From positions 70,308,001 to 70,372,000 of the forward strand of contig OX597826.1 in NCBI GenBank assembly GCA_951406725.2: a stretch of DNA of 64,000 nt, given 5' to 3'. This DNA comes from Octopus vulgaris. Its lineage: Eukaryota. Each line of letters begins with the position of its first letter. Position 1 is the first letter of the stretch. The notes beneath the pieces are model-generated. The model was not told the origin of the DNA, ran no database searches, and saw nothing but the letters and a program-made list of their open reading frames with translations. Positions 13,048 through 27,171 of the stretch are shown here, piece after piece. The position numbers and the translations under genes are program-made.

Positions 13048-14579
13048 TCATCATCATCATCATTGTTTAATGTCCGCTTTCCATGCTAGCATGGGTTGGT
13101 CGATTTGACTGACTGGTGAACCAGGTGGCTGCACCAGGCTCCAATCTTGATCTGGCAGAGTTTGTACAGCTGGATGCCCTTCCTAATGCCAACCACTCCG
13201 AGAGTGTAGTGGGTGCTTTTACCCGTCACAAGGGCCAGTCAAGCAGTACTGGTGACAGCCACAAAAAAATTGTGTTTTTTAATTTTTACATGTCACCTGC
13301 ACACCATCACAAGTGCCAGTAAGGCGACACTGGTAACGATCACACTGAAATGGTGCTTTTTACGTGCCACCAGCGCAAATGCAGGTTAGCAGCTCTGGCA
13401 ATGATCATGCTTAGATGGTGCTCTTAGCACTCCACTAGCACGGATGCCAGTCATCGAATTTGATTTTGATTTCAATTTCATTTGCCTCAACAGGTTTTCG
13501 CAAGCAGTGTCCAATGAAGGGAAGGTAGGCATATGTGGGCTGGTTACACCCCTGGCATAGGCCACCATGTTATGGTCTCACTTGAGCTTGCCGAGTCTTC
13601 TCAAGCACAGCATATTTCCAAAAGTCTCAGTCACTGGTCATATATATATGAATGTGTGTGTGTGTGTGTGTGCATGCATATTATTATATATATATATATA
13701 CTCTTACTCTTTTACTTGTTTCAGTCATTTGACTGCAGCCATGCTGGAGCACCGCCTTTAATCGAACAACTCAACCCCGGGACTTATTCTTTTGTAAGCC
13801 CAGTACTTATTCTATCGGTCTCTTTTGCCGAACCGCTAAGTAACGGGGACATAAACACACCAGCATCGGTTGTCAAGCAATGCTAGGGGGACAAACACAG
13901 ACACACAAACACACACACGCATATATATATACATATATACGACGGGCTTCTTTCAGTTTCTGTCTACCAAATCCACTCACAAGGCTTTGGTCGGCCCGAG
14001 GCTATAGTAGAAGACAGTTGCCCAAGATGCCACGCAGTGGGACTGAACCCGGAACCGTGTGGTTGGTAAACAAGCTACTTACCACACAGCCACTCTTAGT
14101 GGGACTGAACCCGGAACCATGTGGTTGGTAAACAAGCTACTTACCACACAGCCACTCCTGCACCTATATATATATATTTTATATATATATGATGACGTGT
14201 GGCTTAGTGGTTAGGGCAATAGGCTCAGGATCGTAAGTCAAGACAATCACAATCACATCAACAAAATCTTAAAGCTATGAGATAATTCATAACTAATTCA
14301 AAACGATGCGAAGAAATAATCATTACATTCGACAGAAGGAACCAAAAGCTAAAGAGTTAAACTGGCAGAAACTCACTTCCACCCAACCACCCAATGTTTC
14401 CATGCCTTTTTCTTTTCAGCATCCAGTGAGGCTAAGTGCACTACTAGCATTATTTTTATGTGCATCTCTTACTGCACACTGACATTTGTCTTTGGGATAC
14501 ACAGCCACTTTAGACTATATAATTCAATAATTGGCAGTTCCGTTGATGGTGCAATTGACAAACTTATAATATGCGAATT

Positions 14580-14612
<33 letters not shown>

Positions 14613-14778
14613 CATATATATTTGCATACAAGAATTTGTGTATGTTAGTGTGTGTGTATACACATATATATTTGAATATATATATATATGGGTATATAGA
14701 TAGATAGATACACACATACATACATAGATACATAGCTAGATAGATAGACATACAGACAGAGATAGATAGATAGATACA

Positions 14779-14812
<34 letters not shown>

Positions 14813-15497
14813 CATAGATAGTTAACACAGACAGACAGACAGAGAGACATAGACAAACATAAATAAGCAGACAGACAGACAGGTAAAAAGATAGATAGAT
14901 AGATATGTAGATAGATAGATAGATAGATAGATAGTTAGACAGGCCGACAGACAGACAGATAGATAGATAGATGGGTGTATACACATGTGTAATATGTGTA
15001 TTCATATATGTGTATGTATGTGTGTGTGTGTATATATATACACACACACATGCACACACACATACATATACATTCTATATTTTATGGATCTGAGTCATTG
15101 GACTGCAGCCAGCTGGTGATCCACCTTTTGGAGTACAGTATGATCAGTTGCATCAATTCTCATCTTTATTCCTCTGACTTAACATAAAATGGATCTGGGC
15201 AGGACATAGCAAAATACCACAAGGCAGTGAGTGGGCGTGTGCACGCATGTGTGAGTGCATTACCATTTCTGTAATATATCTGCTGTTAAAAAACACATCG
15301 TGTTTAGGACACGGACACACTCACCACACACACATACTCATAACATTTTTAGATGGAAGTGTGTATGTCTGTATGTGCATGTACATGTTTGTGTGTATAT
15401 ATGTGTATGTGTGTGTGTATGTCTGTATATGTATATATATCTATATATACATGTATATTGTGCATATATATGTGTGTGTATATATATATATGTATAT

Positions 15498-15528
<31 letters not shown>

Positions 15529-15811
15529 ATATATATATATATTATGTGTGTTGTATATATATATATATATGTGTGTATATATATATATATGTGTTTATAT
15601 ATATATATGTATTTATATATATATATATATTATCAAAATGACTCTTAAGTGATTCTGTATTAGGTTTTTTTTCTGTTTTTTTATTGCCATATATTTTTCA
15701 TGCCAACCATATTTTTTCTTTATGCTATTACATCCTAAATGGCAAAGACATTTCTATCTTTCTAAGCATTAACCTAATACATTAACTTTTATCTTTCCTG
15801 TTGTTATTTTA

Positions 15812-15862
<51 letters not shown>

Positions 15863-16912
15863 TTACACACACACACACATGTACACACACGTACACACAT
15901 GTGTGAATGCATATATGGTATTGAAAAAATCTTTTAAACTGTATCATATGAAGTTGCCTTACATTTTCATGCTTTTAAATTTTGCTAATAAAGCAATTTA
16001 CAGCATGTTCTAGTTAAGCAGAGCCCCCATTATTCAATCTTGTCTTATCTTTCAGGTCAAATCTTCACTGCAAGCCGCAAACTGAACCGCGAATCGAAAG
16101 AGGAGCATATACTGACGGTGAGAATTGAACTAGGATACTCCCGGTTTCTTTTGTGTTGTTACAGATGTCGCTTTTGTGTTTTTTGTACGTTTGTGTCATT
16201 GTTTAGCCTCTCTCAGTCCTGATCCTACACCCATGAAGATGTTTCTTGGCCACAAGTATCCCAAAAATTTTTCAGGCCAAAGTGTCTGCTTGAAGAACAT
16301 CAATGATTATGAATTGGCTGTTATTTCTAACAGTTCATCTGACCACATAGGGGCTTTGTTGTCGGCTCAAAGTATACATACATACATACGTACAGAGGTT
16401 TATCATTTAAATATATATGAGCATGTCTAGATAATGCAACTATATGCATGAGAATATATAGATAAAGCAAAACATATATATATATATATATATATATATT
16501 GTGGAAGTGCAATGGCCCAGTGGTTAGGGCAGCGGACTCGCAGTTGTAGGATCGGGGTTTTGATTCCCAGACCGGGTGTTGTGAATGTTTATTGAACGAA
16601 AACACCCAAAGTTCCACGAGGCTCTGGCAGGGGGTGGTGGTGATCCCTGCTGTACTCTTTCGCCGCAACTTTCTCTCACTCTTTCTTCTGTTGGCCTGCT
16701 CGCTTAGCCAGCGGGGTGGCGTCATTTGAAGGCTAAAACAATGCGAAGCGCATTGTGACTAGCGATGTGTAGCAACATCTGATAGCCTGGTCGATCACGG
16801 TGATATATATATTATCCATGCAACAACACATGCTTTTCTCCAAACTATTTGCATGGAAGGCTGACGTGGAACAATGATCATCATCATCATGTTTGTGAGA
16901 GAGAGAGAGAGA

Positions 16913-16962
<50 letters not shown>

Positions 16963-17508
16963 GTACATATGGTTATATGGCTGTGCTATGTACATTCAAA
17001 CGTAGGCATGCATTTAAACATGTTTAAGCATGTATGAATGCATACATGATAGGGGTTTATGAATGTGCATGTGTACACATCTGTAGATTCAAGCATGTAT
17101 GTATATACACATATACATACATATATATACACATAGATGTATGTGCATAAGCATGTATAGGCTTGTGCATTTATATATAGTTTACTTTTATTCAAATGCA
17201 CACATACAAATACATAATACGCGTATGTAAGCTGTAAACTGTAGTGGACCATGTGATCGTAGTGCCTGGCTATTATACAAAAGGTCACTGGTTCAATATT
17301 CGCCTCCTCCCCCCCATCACTATCACTCCTCTGTATCCATGGATACAGCAATTGATCTCTTTGTCTTTGTGGATATGTTCCATAAGGGAAAACTGCGAAG
17401 TGTTTCTGCACAATAGATGCAAACAAGACATGTATAATGTATGAATGTGTGTGTGTGTTTATGTATCTGTGTTTGTTTATGTATAAATATGTGTGTTTGT
17501 GTATGTGT

Positions 17509-17546
<38 letters not shown>

Positions 17547-20500
17547 TTAAAGTAATCACCAAAAAGAAATTTATCAATAGATGCAGTTCTTTATTGTGAT
17601 TATTTCAATGATTCTATTTTTAAAAAAATACTTTTTTTTTTATTTTTATTTATTTTATTTTATTTTATTTTATTTTATTTTTTTATATTTTGTAAAAACC
17701 ATGTCTCCGGATGAAAATATTTCAAAATCTGTGTTTGAAGAAATGGCTTTATAAGAAAATATAATTTTTTTTTTCACTTTATAAGCAAATAATTATTTGA
17801 GATCAAAATCATCGTCGTTATCATCATCATCATTACCATCACCATCACCATCATCATCATCATGATTGTGTGCTGATATCTGTTTCTTATATATGCACAC
17901 ACTCACATACCCACGCTCACATGCACACGCTCTCATACACACACAAGCACACACAAACACATACACATGCTGACATGCATGCCAACACACATGCATACAC
18001 ATGCATACACATGCATAAACAGGTACACACAGACATTCACAAAAGTATAAGTGCAAAGACACACATCGATGACACATACACACTTATATACATCAACTGA
18101 CACACATACACACACAAACACACACATACTCACACATACACACACATACACACACATACTCACACATACACACACAAACTCATACATACCACACATACAC
18201 ATACTCACACGTACACATACTCACACACACACATACTCACACATACACACACACACATACACATACATACACATACACACACATACACACACTCCCTCCA
18301 CTGTTATCTATTTACTTATTTATTTATTTGTCCAATTCTTGACCAGGTCACAGTGAAAGACAACGGGGTCCCCAACTTGAGCTCATCAACCCAAGTCATC
18401 GTTCACATTGAAGACGAGAATGACCATGCCCCAGAATTTATCAACAGCCCTTACCGTCTTCAGGTGCCTGCTTCTCCAAAGGGTACCAAACTGTTCCGTG
18501 TGATGGCCAAAGACATCGATGTGGGCAACAATGCAGAAATCACTTACTCCATAAAGAAGCGGAAAGTACAGCGCTTCATGATTGACCCAACAACTGGTAT
18601 AATTTCATGTCAGGAAGACCTCATAGCTGGATCCAATTTTGAATTTATTGTGAGTTTTTTAAATTTTTTTATATCATCTTTTATTATCATCTTCATCATC
18701 ATAATTTAACATCTGTTTCCCATGCTGACATGGGTCGGATGATTTGATAGTTTTAGGCATTTTTTTTTTTTAATATTTTTCCCAACCACATGGTTCCAGA
18801 TTCAGTATCACAACGTGAAACCTCAGACAAGTGTCTTCTACTATGCCCTCGGGCTGACCGAAACCTTGTGAGGGATTTGATAGAGGGAAACTGAAAGAAG
18901 ATCAACGTATGTATGTGTGTATATATACATATGAGAATTAGTCAAAAAGTAATGCCATTGTGTTTAGAACAGGTAGAACAGGTATAATAACCAACACAGG
19001 AACATGTATCATACATCAAAATGAAGCTGGTCCTCTGTGGATCACATCCCTACTTCTCAACATAGTCACTGTTTCTCTCAAAAGCAATGTTCCACCTTTG
19101 AATGAGAGCATGTATCCCTCTCCAGTAAAGTTGGCCTGCTGGAGAGCTGCCTGGGTTACATTTATTTGTTTTGGCATGGTTTCTATGACTGGATGCCCTT
19201 CCTAATGCCAACCACCTTACAGAGTGTACTGGGTGCTTTAGTTTTGGCATTGGCACGGGTGCTGTTATGCAGCACCGGCACCTATGAATCCACAAGACTA
19301 CGCTCTCTCAGCTAAGAGAGGGACATAGAGAACATGCCTATATACATGGACAGCCATGATCAATATGTATTCATCATCATCATCATCGTTTAATGTCCGC
19401 TTTCCATGCTAGCATGGGTTGGATGATTGACTGAGGGCTGGCAAACCAGATGGCTTCACCAGGCTTCAATCTTGATCTAGCAGAGTTTCTACAGCTGGAT
19501 GCCCTTCCTAACGCCAACCACTCCAAGAGTGTAGTGGGTGCTTTTACGAGCCACCGGCATGGGGCCAGTCAGGCAGTACTGGCAACAGCCTCACTCGAAT
19601 CAGTAAGGCGATGCTGGTAAAGCATGGAAAACCACCAGAAGTCTTGTTCAGGACCGAAGGGGTTGTATTTTTGAAGTGGCACCAGCACCTATGAGCTTGC
19701 ACGCTAAGAGAAAGAAGTAGGGGACATGCTTATATACAAAGACAGCCATGATCAGTATGTCTTCTCAAGTATAGAAAACCACCAGAAGTTTTGGTCAGGA
19801 CAGAAGGAGTTGTGTTTTTGAAATAACTCTTAACCCATTTGCATTTAAACTGGCTATGTCCAGTCCAGCTATTCTACCCATTTTATGTTCGTACCAGCCA
19901 GATCTATCCTCTCACACCTACTCTACAATGTCATTCTAAAAGTAAATAAATCGCATCATCAAAATCTCAAAGGTACAAGATAATGTATGTTTAATTAACA
20001 GCATAATGAATGATTAATTCAAAACAATGTTAATAAGCATATTGTTTGACAGAATACTTTGAATGCTTATTTTTTTGTTGTTTTTGTTATTTGTGTTTTA
20101 CAAAAGAGTACTGAATGCCAGAGGGTAGAGTGTGTAGTGTGTAATTCCTTAGTCTTAAAAATTATAGACAGTATCCCATCCAGTACCTTGGGTTTCCTGC
20201 TAGTAGAGTAAGTCTATTGACATTCTGCAGTTAGCTTGTTAAAAAATATCTATGAACAACAGAGGCAGTAATAATAATGAGAGGTAATATTTATCCTTGC
20301 TTTGAACCTGGATGTTCTGCTAGAACATAGTGTAGTTTGTTCTAACAAAACATCGATGTTTAAGTGAGGAGAAATATTACCTATTTGTCAATTGACAGAG
20401 GAATTGACTGATAGCTACATGTATGTTGTGTGTGTGTGTGTGTGACTATATCCTGTCACCACTACCATCACCAGAATGCCTCTACTACCTACATCTGCAT

Positions 20501-22790
20501 CCTATTTCCAGGTAAAAGCAACAGATCATGGGAGTCCAGCCTTGAAGTCTACTACAAAAGTAAAGATCAAAGTGGTCAAAGTGAAGAAGTACTCAACAAA
20601 CCCGCCATTGTTTAATAAGAAGCATCTGTCTGAGGAAATTATGGAGAATGACCGAGTTGGCAAATGGATTGTGCTAGTCCAGGCCTTTGATATGGATAGG
20701 GACAAGATTTGGTATTCTATCGAGGGTAAGTTTGATGGGTGGCGCTTTTATAGTATTTCTTATTTTGTTTTATTTGTCTGTTTTTGTGGGAGGTTTATTT
20801 TTCATCTGAATTATGTCATTGTTGAGGGCAAAGAAAGATGAGCTGTTGTGATAGTTTTAGGTATTTTGTTTTTTTTTTAATATTTTTCCCAACCACATGG
20901 TTCCAGATTCAGTATCACAACGGGAATCCTCAGACAAGTGTCTTCTTCTATGCCCTCGGGCTGACCAAGACCTTGTGAGTGGATTTGGTAGAGGGAAACT
21001 GAAAGAAGTGTGTATATGTTTGTGTGTCCGTGTTTGTCCCCGCAAATATTTATTTTTCTCTAACTATTACAGATGGTAATGAAGACCACACATTCAGCAT
21101 TGGCCCAGAAGATGGCATGATATTTATAGCCCGTAAACTAAACTGGGAGGTAAAGAATCACTACAATTTGACCATTAAAGCTACAGATGGACAGCACCAG
21201 GACTTTGCATGGGTAAGTAAGAATAAACTAGGATATCTAAATGGGGGTGACTATGGTGAGAATGGCAGAGGTGATGGGTAATGAACTCATACCACCACCC
21301 TCCTCTTCCTCTCTCCTTCCTCCCTCTCCCCCCTCTCTCCTTCACTTCACCCCCAGCAATAATCAAGGCTTTTGGTTCTTCTTTCTTCCCCACACGTCTT
21401 TCCTGTCGTTGTTGAAGTGCAACGGTTTAAGCTAAGCATTAATCACTAATCCAGCTAATCCCACCAGAACCTGAAGTCCTGCAGTGGTCATTCATACAAT
21501 CCTTTCCTCCAAACCAAACCAAACAAAGCAAAAAAAAATAGATAAATGAAAATATGGCAGTTGGGGGTGGTGTTGAGTTGTGCTGGGTGGCGGTGGTGGG
21601 TATAGTCTTGGGGTGGTGGTAATGGTGGAGTAGGATTGAGTGGTGGAGGTGGTGGCGTGGTGTTAGTATGATATTCTAGATAGGAAAGACTGTGCATGTT
21701 GGTTACTGTAGGGGCCTAGGAGAAAAGAAATATTACTGCAACCCACCACTACACCATTCCTTCAACACTTCATTCCGTCAACATACCATTCCTCCAACAT
21801 CCTATTCCTCCAATGCACCATTCCAGCGGCATGTTATTCTTCAAACACATTATTCCTCCAGTGCATCATTCCTCCAATGGGCCATTTGTCCACCATACCA
21901 TACCATACCATACCTCCACCGTACTATACCTCCAACAAGTCATATTTCCTACAAGCCATACTTCCAACAATCCATACCTCTACCACACGATTCCTCCACC
22001 ACATCATTCCTCCAAGATGCCATTCCTCTAAGATGCCATTCCTCCAAGATGCCATTCCTCCAACACACCATTCCTCCAACATGTCAATCCTCCAACACAC
22101 CATTCCTCCAACATGCCAATCCTCCAACAGACCATTCCTCCAACATGTCATTCCTCCAACATACCACTCCTCCAACACATCATCTCTTCTATGCACAAGT
22201 CCTCAATCCATCACTCTTCTAATAACTCACCAACTCACCAACCCTCTACTCCTTCAACCATCCCAATCCACCGTCCTCCAGCCTCCACAATCTACCAATC
22301 TTACAGCCTATTATTCCTCCAGCCCACCAGTCTCCCCCACGCATTTAACCTCCAACCATCTTTACTTCTATCGCAGCTTGAAATCAAGGTCCTGGATGTA
22401 AACGACAATCCACCAATATTTGACAAGAAAGAATATATTGGCCAAGTTTATGAATCTGTCGCTATTGGTAAACAGGTTCTGCAAGTGTCTGCTACTGACC
22501 AAGATAATGGTAGACTCTTCTATTCCTTGTCTTCAGCAACAAACCCTGCAAGCAAGTCGAAATTCCACATCGATTCAGAAACTGGTTAGTATCATCATTG
22601 TCTTACTTAATTACGTAACCAACCTACTACTACTACTACTACTACTATTACTACTGCTACTTACTACTACTACGGCTACTATTACGACTACTACCACTAC
22701 TACTACGACAACTACTACTACTACGATTACTACTACTACTACGACTACTACTAACTACTACTACTATTAATTACTACTAACTACTACTAC

Positions 22791-22823
<33 letters not shown>

Positions 22824-23001
22824 AGTTTTCTGTTCCCTTTTCCATTCTGTTTTTGTATTTTACTGTTCTATTTGCTCCTTTCTCCTCTCTCTTGTTCTCA
22901 CTCTCTCTCTCTTTCTCTCTCTCTTCACTCTCTTCCCATACCCCACCACCTCACACACACATGCTTACACACAAATATATAAATGTATGTATATATATAT
23001 A

Positions 23002-23032
<31 letters not shown>

Positions 23033-23055
23033 GAATTATGTGTGTATCTGTGTGT

Positions 23056-23137
<82 letters not shown>

Positions 23138-26100
23138 CATTCTATGTTTGACTTTTGCCTTATGTCTGTACAAGTTGGCTCCAAGTCTCACCCAGAGACC
23201 TCAAGAGACAACAGATTGGAAGTTATTATTATTATTATCATCATTATTATTATTATTATTAATATTCAGTAGACTTGCTCAAGGGTTGAGAGTTTGTACA
23301 TTGACACTTCTCCAGCCATTGCATGAAACTCTCAGCCCTTGGGTTACTCTGTAACTGCTACTAATTATTATTATTAATAATAATAACAATCATAATAATG
23401 ATATGTGTGTGTGTGTATGTATTCTTGTCTTTAGTTCTACTTACCTATTTTAATCAGCATACGTATATGTAAATGAGTATGGGCTTGTGTATATATATAT
23501 AGAGCTATAATTCTACCGTTGTTTATTTGTAGGTGTAATACGAGTGAAGGAGAAATTGGATCGTGAAGTCCTGGCTCGGCACGAGTTGGTAGTGATGGTG
23601 AGAGACCAAGGATTACGTTCCAAACGCAACATGTGCCGTGCTGTCATCATGGTACTCGACAACAATGACCACAGCCCAGAGTTTTTATCTGACATATTTG
23701 AAGGCCGAGTATTCGAGACCGCAGCTATAGGCACTTCCGTCCTCCAAGTCGTAGCTGCTGACCAGGACAAAGGAATTAATGCAGAGATACGCTACAGCAT
23801 TTTATCAGGTAGCCTGTTGTTGCAGTTAATGTTGTAGTTGTTGAAAATTATAGCAAATAGTGTCCATGTACCCGAACATGAATATTTGTGCAGACATAAA
23901 GTACCATAAAAGATTTCTAGTTGATCCGGTCAACGGAACAGCCTGCTCATAAAATTAACATGCAAGTGGCTGAGTACTCCACAGACATGCGTACCCTTAA
24001 CATAGTTCTCAGGGTGGTTCAGTATGACACAGAATGTGACAAAGCCGGCCCTTTAAATTACAAGTACAACATATTTTTGCCAGATGAGCAGACTTGAGCA
24101 ATGTGAAATAAAATGTCTTGCTGAAGGACACGATGCACCGGCAGGAATCGAACTCACGACCTTACAATCATGAGCCGATTACCCTAACCACTAAACCATG
24201 CACCTTCACATGATTTAACACAGCTTATACACACACCACATAGTCTAGCATATAGCAAAGTACAAATCAAGTTTCGATTAGGGAGCAAATATTTAAGAAA
24301 AAGTGGAAGGGGATTAGTAGCACAATTAGAAAAGACACACCAAATGTAGCGAAAAGTGCTTTACAGTGGAATCCGTATGGATATAGAAAGAAAGGTAGGC
24401 TTAAGAACTCGTGGTGGAGATCAACACAAAAGGAACTAGAAAAAGGGGAACATTCATGGCAGAGTATAAGTACAGAAGGGAAAAATTATGCGACATGGAA
24501 TTCAACTATAAGTGGCCTATACTCCGCGTTGGAGGGTTAAAGGCAGGAAAGACTAATATTCTAATGTAATAACATAAGACACAAGGCATGCTTTTTTTTT
24601 CTATTTTTTGTCTATTTTGTAATGTAGAAATATTCTAAATGTATCTTTCAATACATCTCAATGTTCCTAAAGCAAACTCTGCTTGTTTACTTTCATCATA
24701 ATTTGAATTTGACAGCATCTTATAAAGCTAAATTTTTAAGTTCAAAAATTGCAAATTAATTTGTCAGTGGGCAGTTAGGCTTAATGGCAAAGCACTGTGA
24801 CCAGTAATCACAGGGATGTGAGCTCGAGTCTCATGGCTGGCTGCTGGCAAATTTTTCTGCAATAATACGGATATTTTATCCTGTTCTTGCTATTCTGTTA
24901 GTATTTTTCCCTGTTTGAGAATTAGTTATTTCTGTATCTAAATGTTTTGTTTTATCTTTATTACGCAGGGAATACAGGAGGTGCTTTTGCCATTGATGAT
25001 ACCATGGGAACTATAACTGTGGCGAAACAGTTGGACCGAGAGGGTCAGTCTGATTATGTTCTGTCTGTGCTGGCCACTGACTTCGGTTCTCCACAACTCA
25101 GCAGTACTGGAACTGTCCACGTATCGGTGACTATTTCAAATAACGCACCCCCAAAGTTCCCTCACAAGGAGTACGTGAAAGAAATCCCTGAGAACGAACC
25201 CGTTGGAGTGATTGTGTCGACAGTGGTCGCCGACAGCAGGTCGTCTGTCGTGTACTCAATCACCAGCGGAGATCCAAAGGAGATGTTTAGGATCAATCCC
25301 AACTCAGGAGTTTTATCAACCAACAAAGTCTGTGACTATGAGGAGCAAATCTTTTATAACCTGACAGTAACTGCCATGAACATCATTGGTCGGTCAACCA
25401 GCTGTTCCGTTCTGATTCACATCATTGACAAGAATGACAACAATCCAGTCTTTGAGAAAGAACTTCACCACGGATTTATCATAGAACAAGCACCGGTTGG
25501 TTCTATAGTTCTCAACGAAGATAGGTTTCCACTCGTCATCAAAGCGACTGATGCTGATAGCGGCATGAACTCACTTCTACAGTACGAAATTGTTGAAAAC
25601 AAGATACAGTCCGTTTTTTCAGTCGACAGTAACACCGGAGCCATTCGAACAGCAAGCTTACTCGACCACGAGGTGTTGGCCGACTATGAGTTCACGGTGC
25701 GTGCTTTTGACCTCGGCAGACCTCACCTTCTAGCCTTGGAATCGTCCCGGGTTAAAATCCACGTTCTCGATACAAACGACTCACCACCCAAATTCTCTCA
25801 GGATGTCTACAATGTCTCTCTGCTTCTACCAACATTCAGAGAAGTTGCTGTTCTCGCGTTGAATGCCACCGACCCAGACACCGAGGTCGGCAGCAAACTG
25901 ACGTACAAGATAGACGAGGGTAATGAGGATGGCACATTCGAACTTCAGCCAGACACTGGGGTACTTTATGTCACTAATGACACCGACATCGGCAGCGTGT
26001 ACGACTTGACCGTCTCTGTCAGTGATGGAGTGTACGAAACATCCGCTGAGATCTTCATAACAGTCCTACGAAGCAACGAAACTAGTTTGGTGTTTACGAA

Positions 26101-27129
26101 AAACGATTACCAGGTGGAAGTGATGGAAAACGTTGCCACAAACCAGTCTCTAACAGTTCTACAGTTGACCGGCTTGATTCTCAACCAGCATATCACCTTC
26201 AAGTTGTTAAACCCCAACAGTATGTTCACGATTGGTGCCACCTCCGGTGTGCTACACACAATAGGCAAGCCTTTTGACCGAGAGAAGCGATCAAGCTATA
26301 GATTAGTGGTCGAAGCTCGAGATTCTCAACAAGAACCAAGATATGCTCGTGCCATTGTCCATGTAGAAATTGCTGACCAGAATGACAATCCCCCTATCTT
26401 TGTGAACCAACCATACAATTCTGTGATTTCAGTCGAGTCAAAGATAGGAGACCTCATCAAACAGGTAAATTTTTGAAAACTTTTCTACATATTTTTATAT
26501 ATGTATATCTATCTAAATATATATCTATCTATCTATCTATATATATATATATATATATATATGTAAGTTCAGTAAAATTTAGATTCAGTTGAATATGGTA
26601 CTTAAGTTAAAGGCACCAGAATTTGGTATGGTATTATCCATATAATTCAAAATGGGGTGATTACAGTCAAAATAAGGATATCCTCTGGATATCCTTGTTG
26701 CTTATTTTCACTATATATGTGTGTGTGTTTTTTTGTTTCAGTCATTTGACTGTGGCCATGCTGGAGCACCGCCTTTAGTCGAGCAAATCGACCCCAGGAC
26801 TTTTTCTTTGTGGGCCTAGTACTTATTCTAGCAGTCTCTCTCTTGCCAAACCGCTAAGTGGCGGGGACATAAACATACTAGCATCAGTTGTCAAGTGATG
26901 TTGTGGGGACAAACACAGACACACAAACATATACATACATGCATACATATATATATATATATACGACGGGCTTCTTTCAGTTTCCATCTACCAAATCTCA
27001 CAAGGCTTTGGTTGGCTCGAGGCTATAGTAGAAGACACTTGCCTAAAGTGCCACGTAGTGGGACTGAACCCACAACCATGTGGTTGGTAAGCAAGCTACT
27101 TACCACACAACCACTCCTGCACCTATATA

Positions 27130-27171
<42 letters not shown>

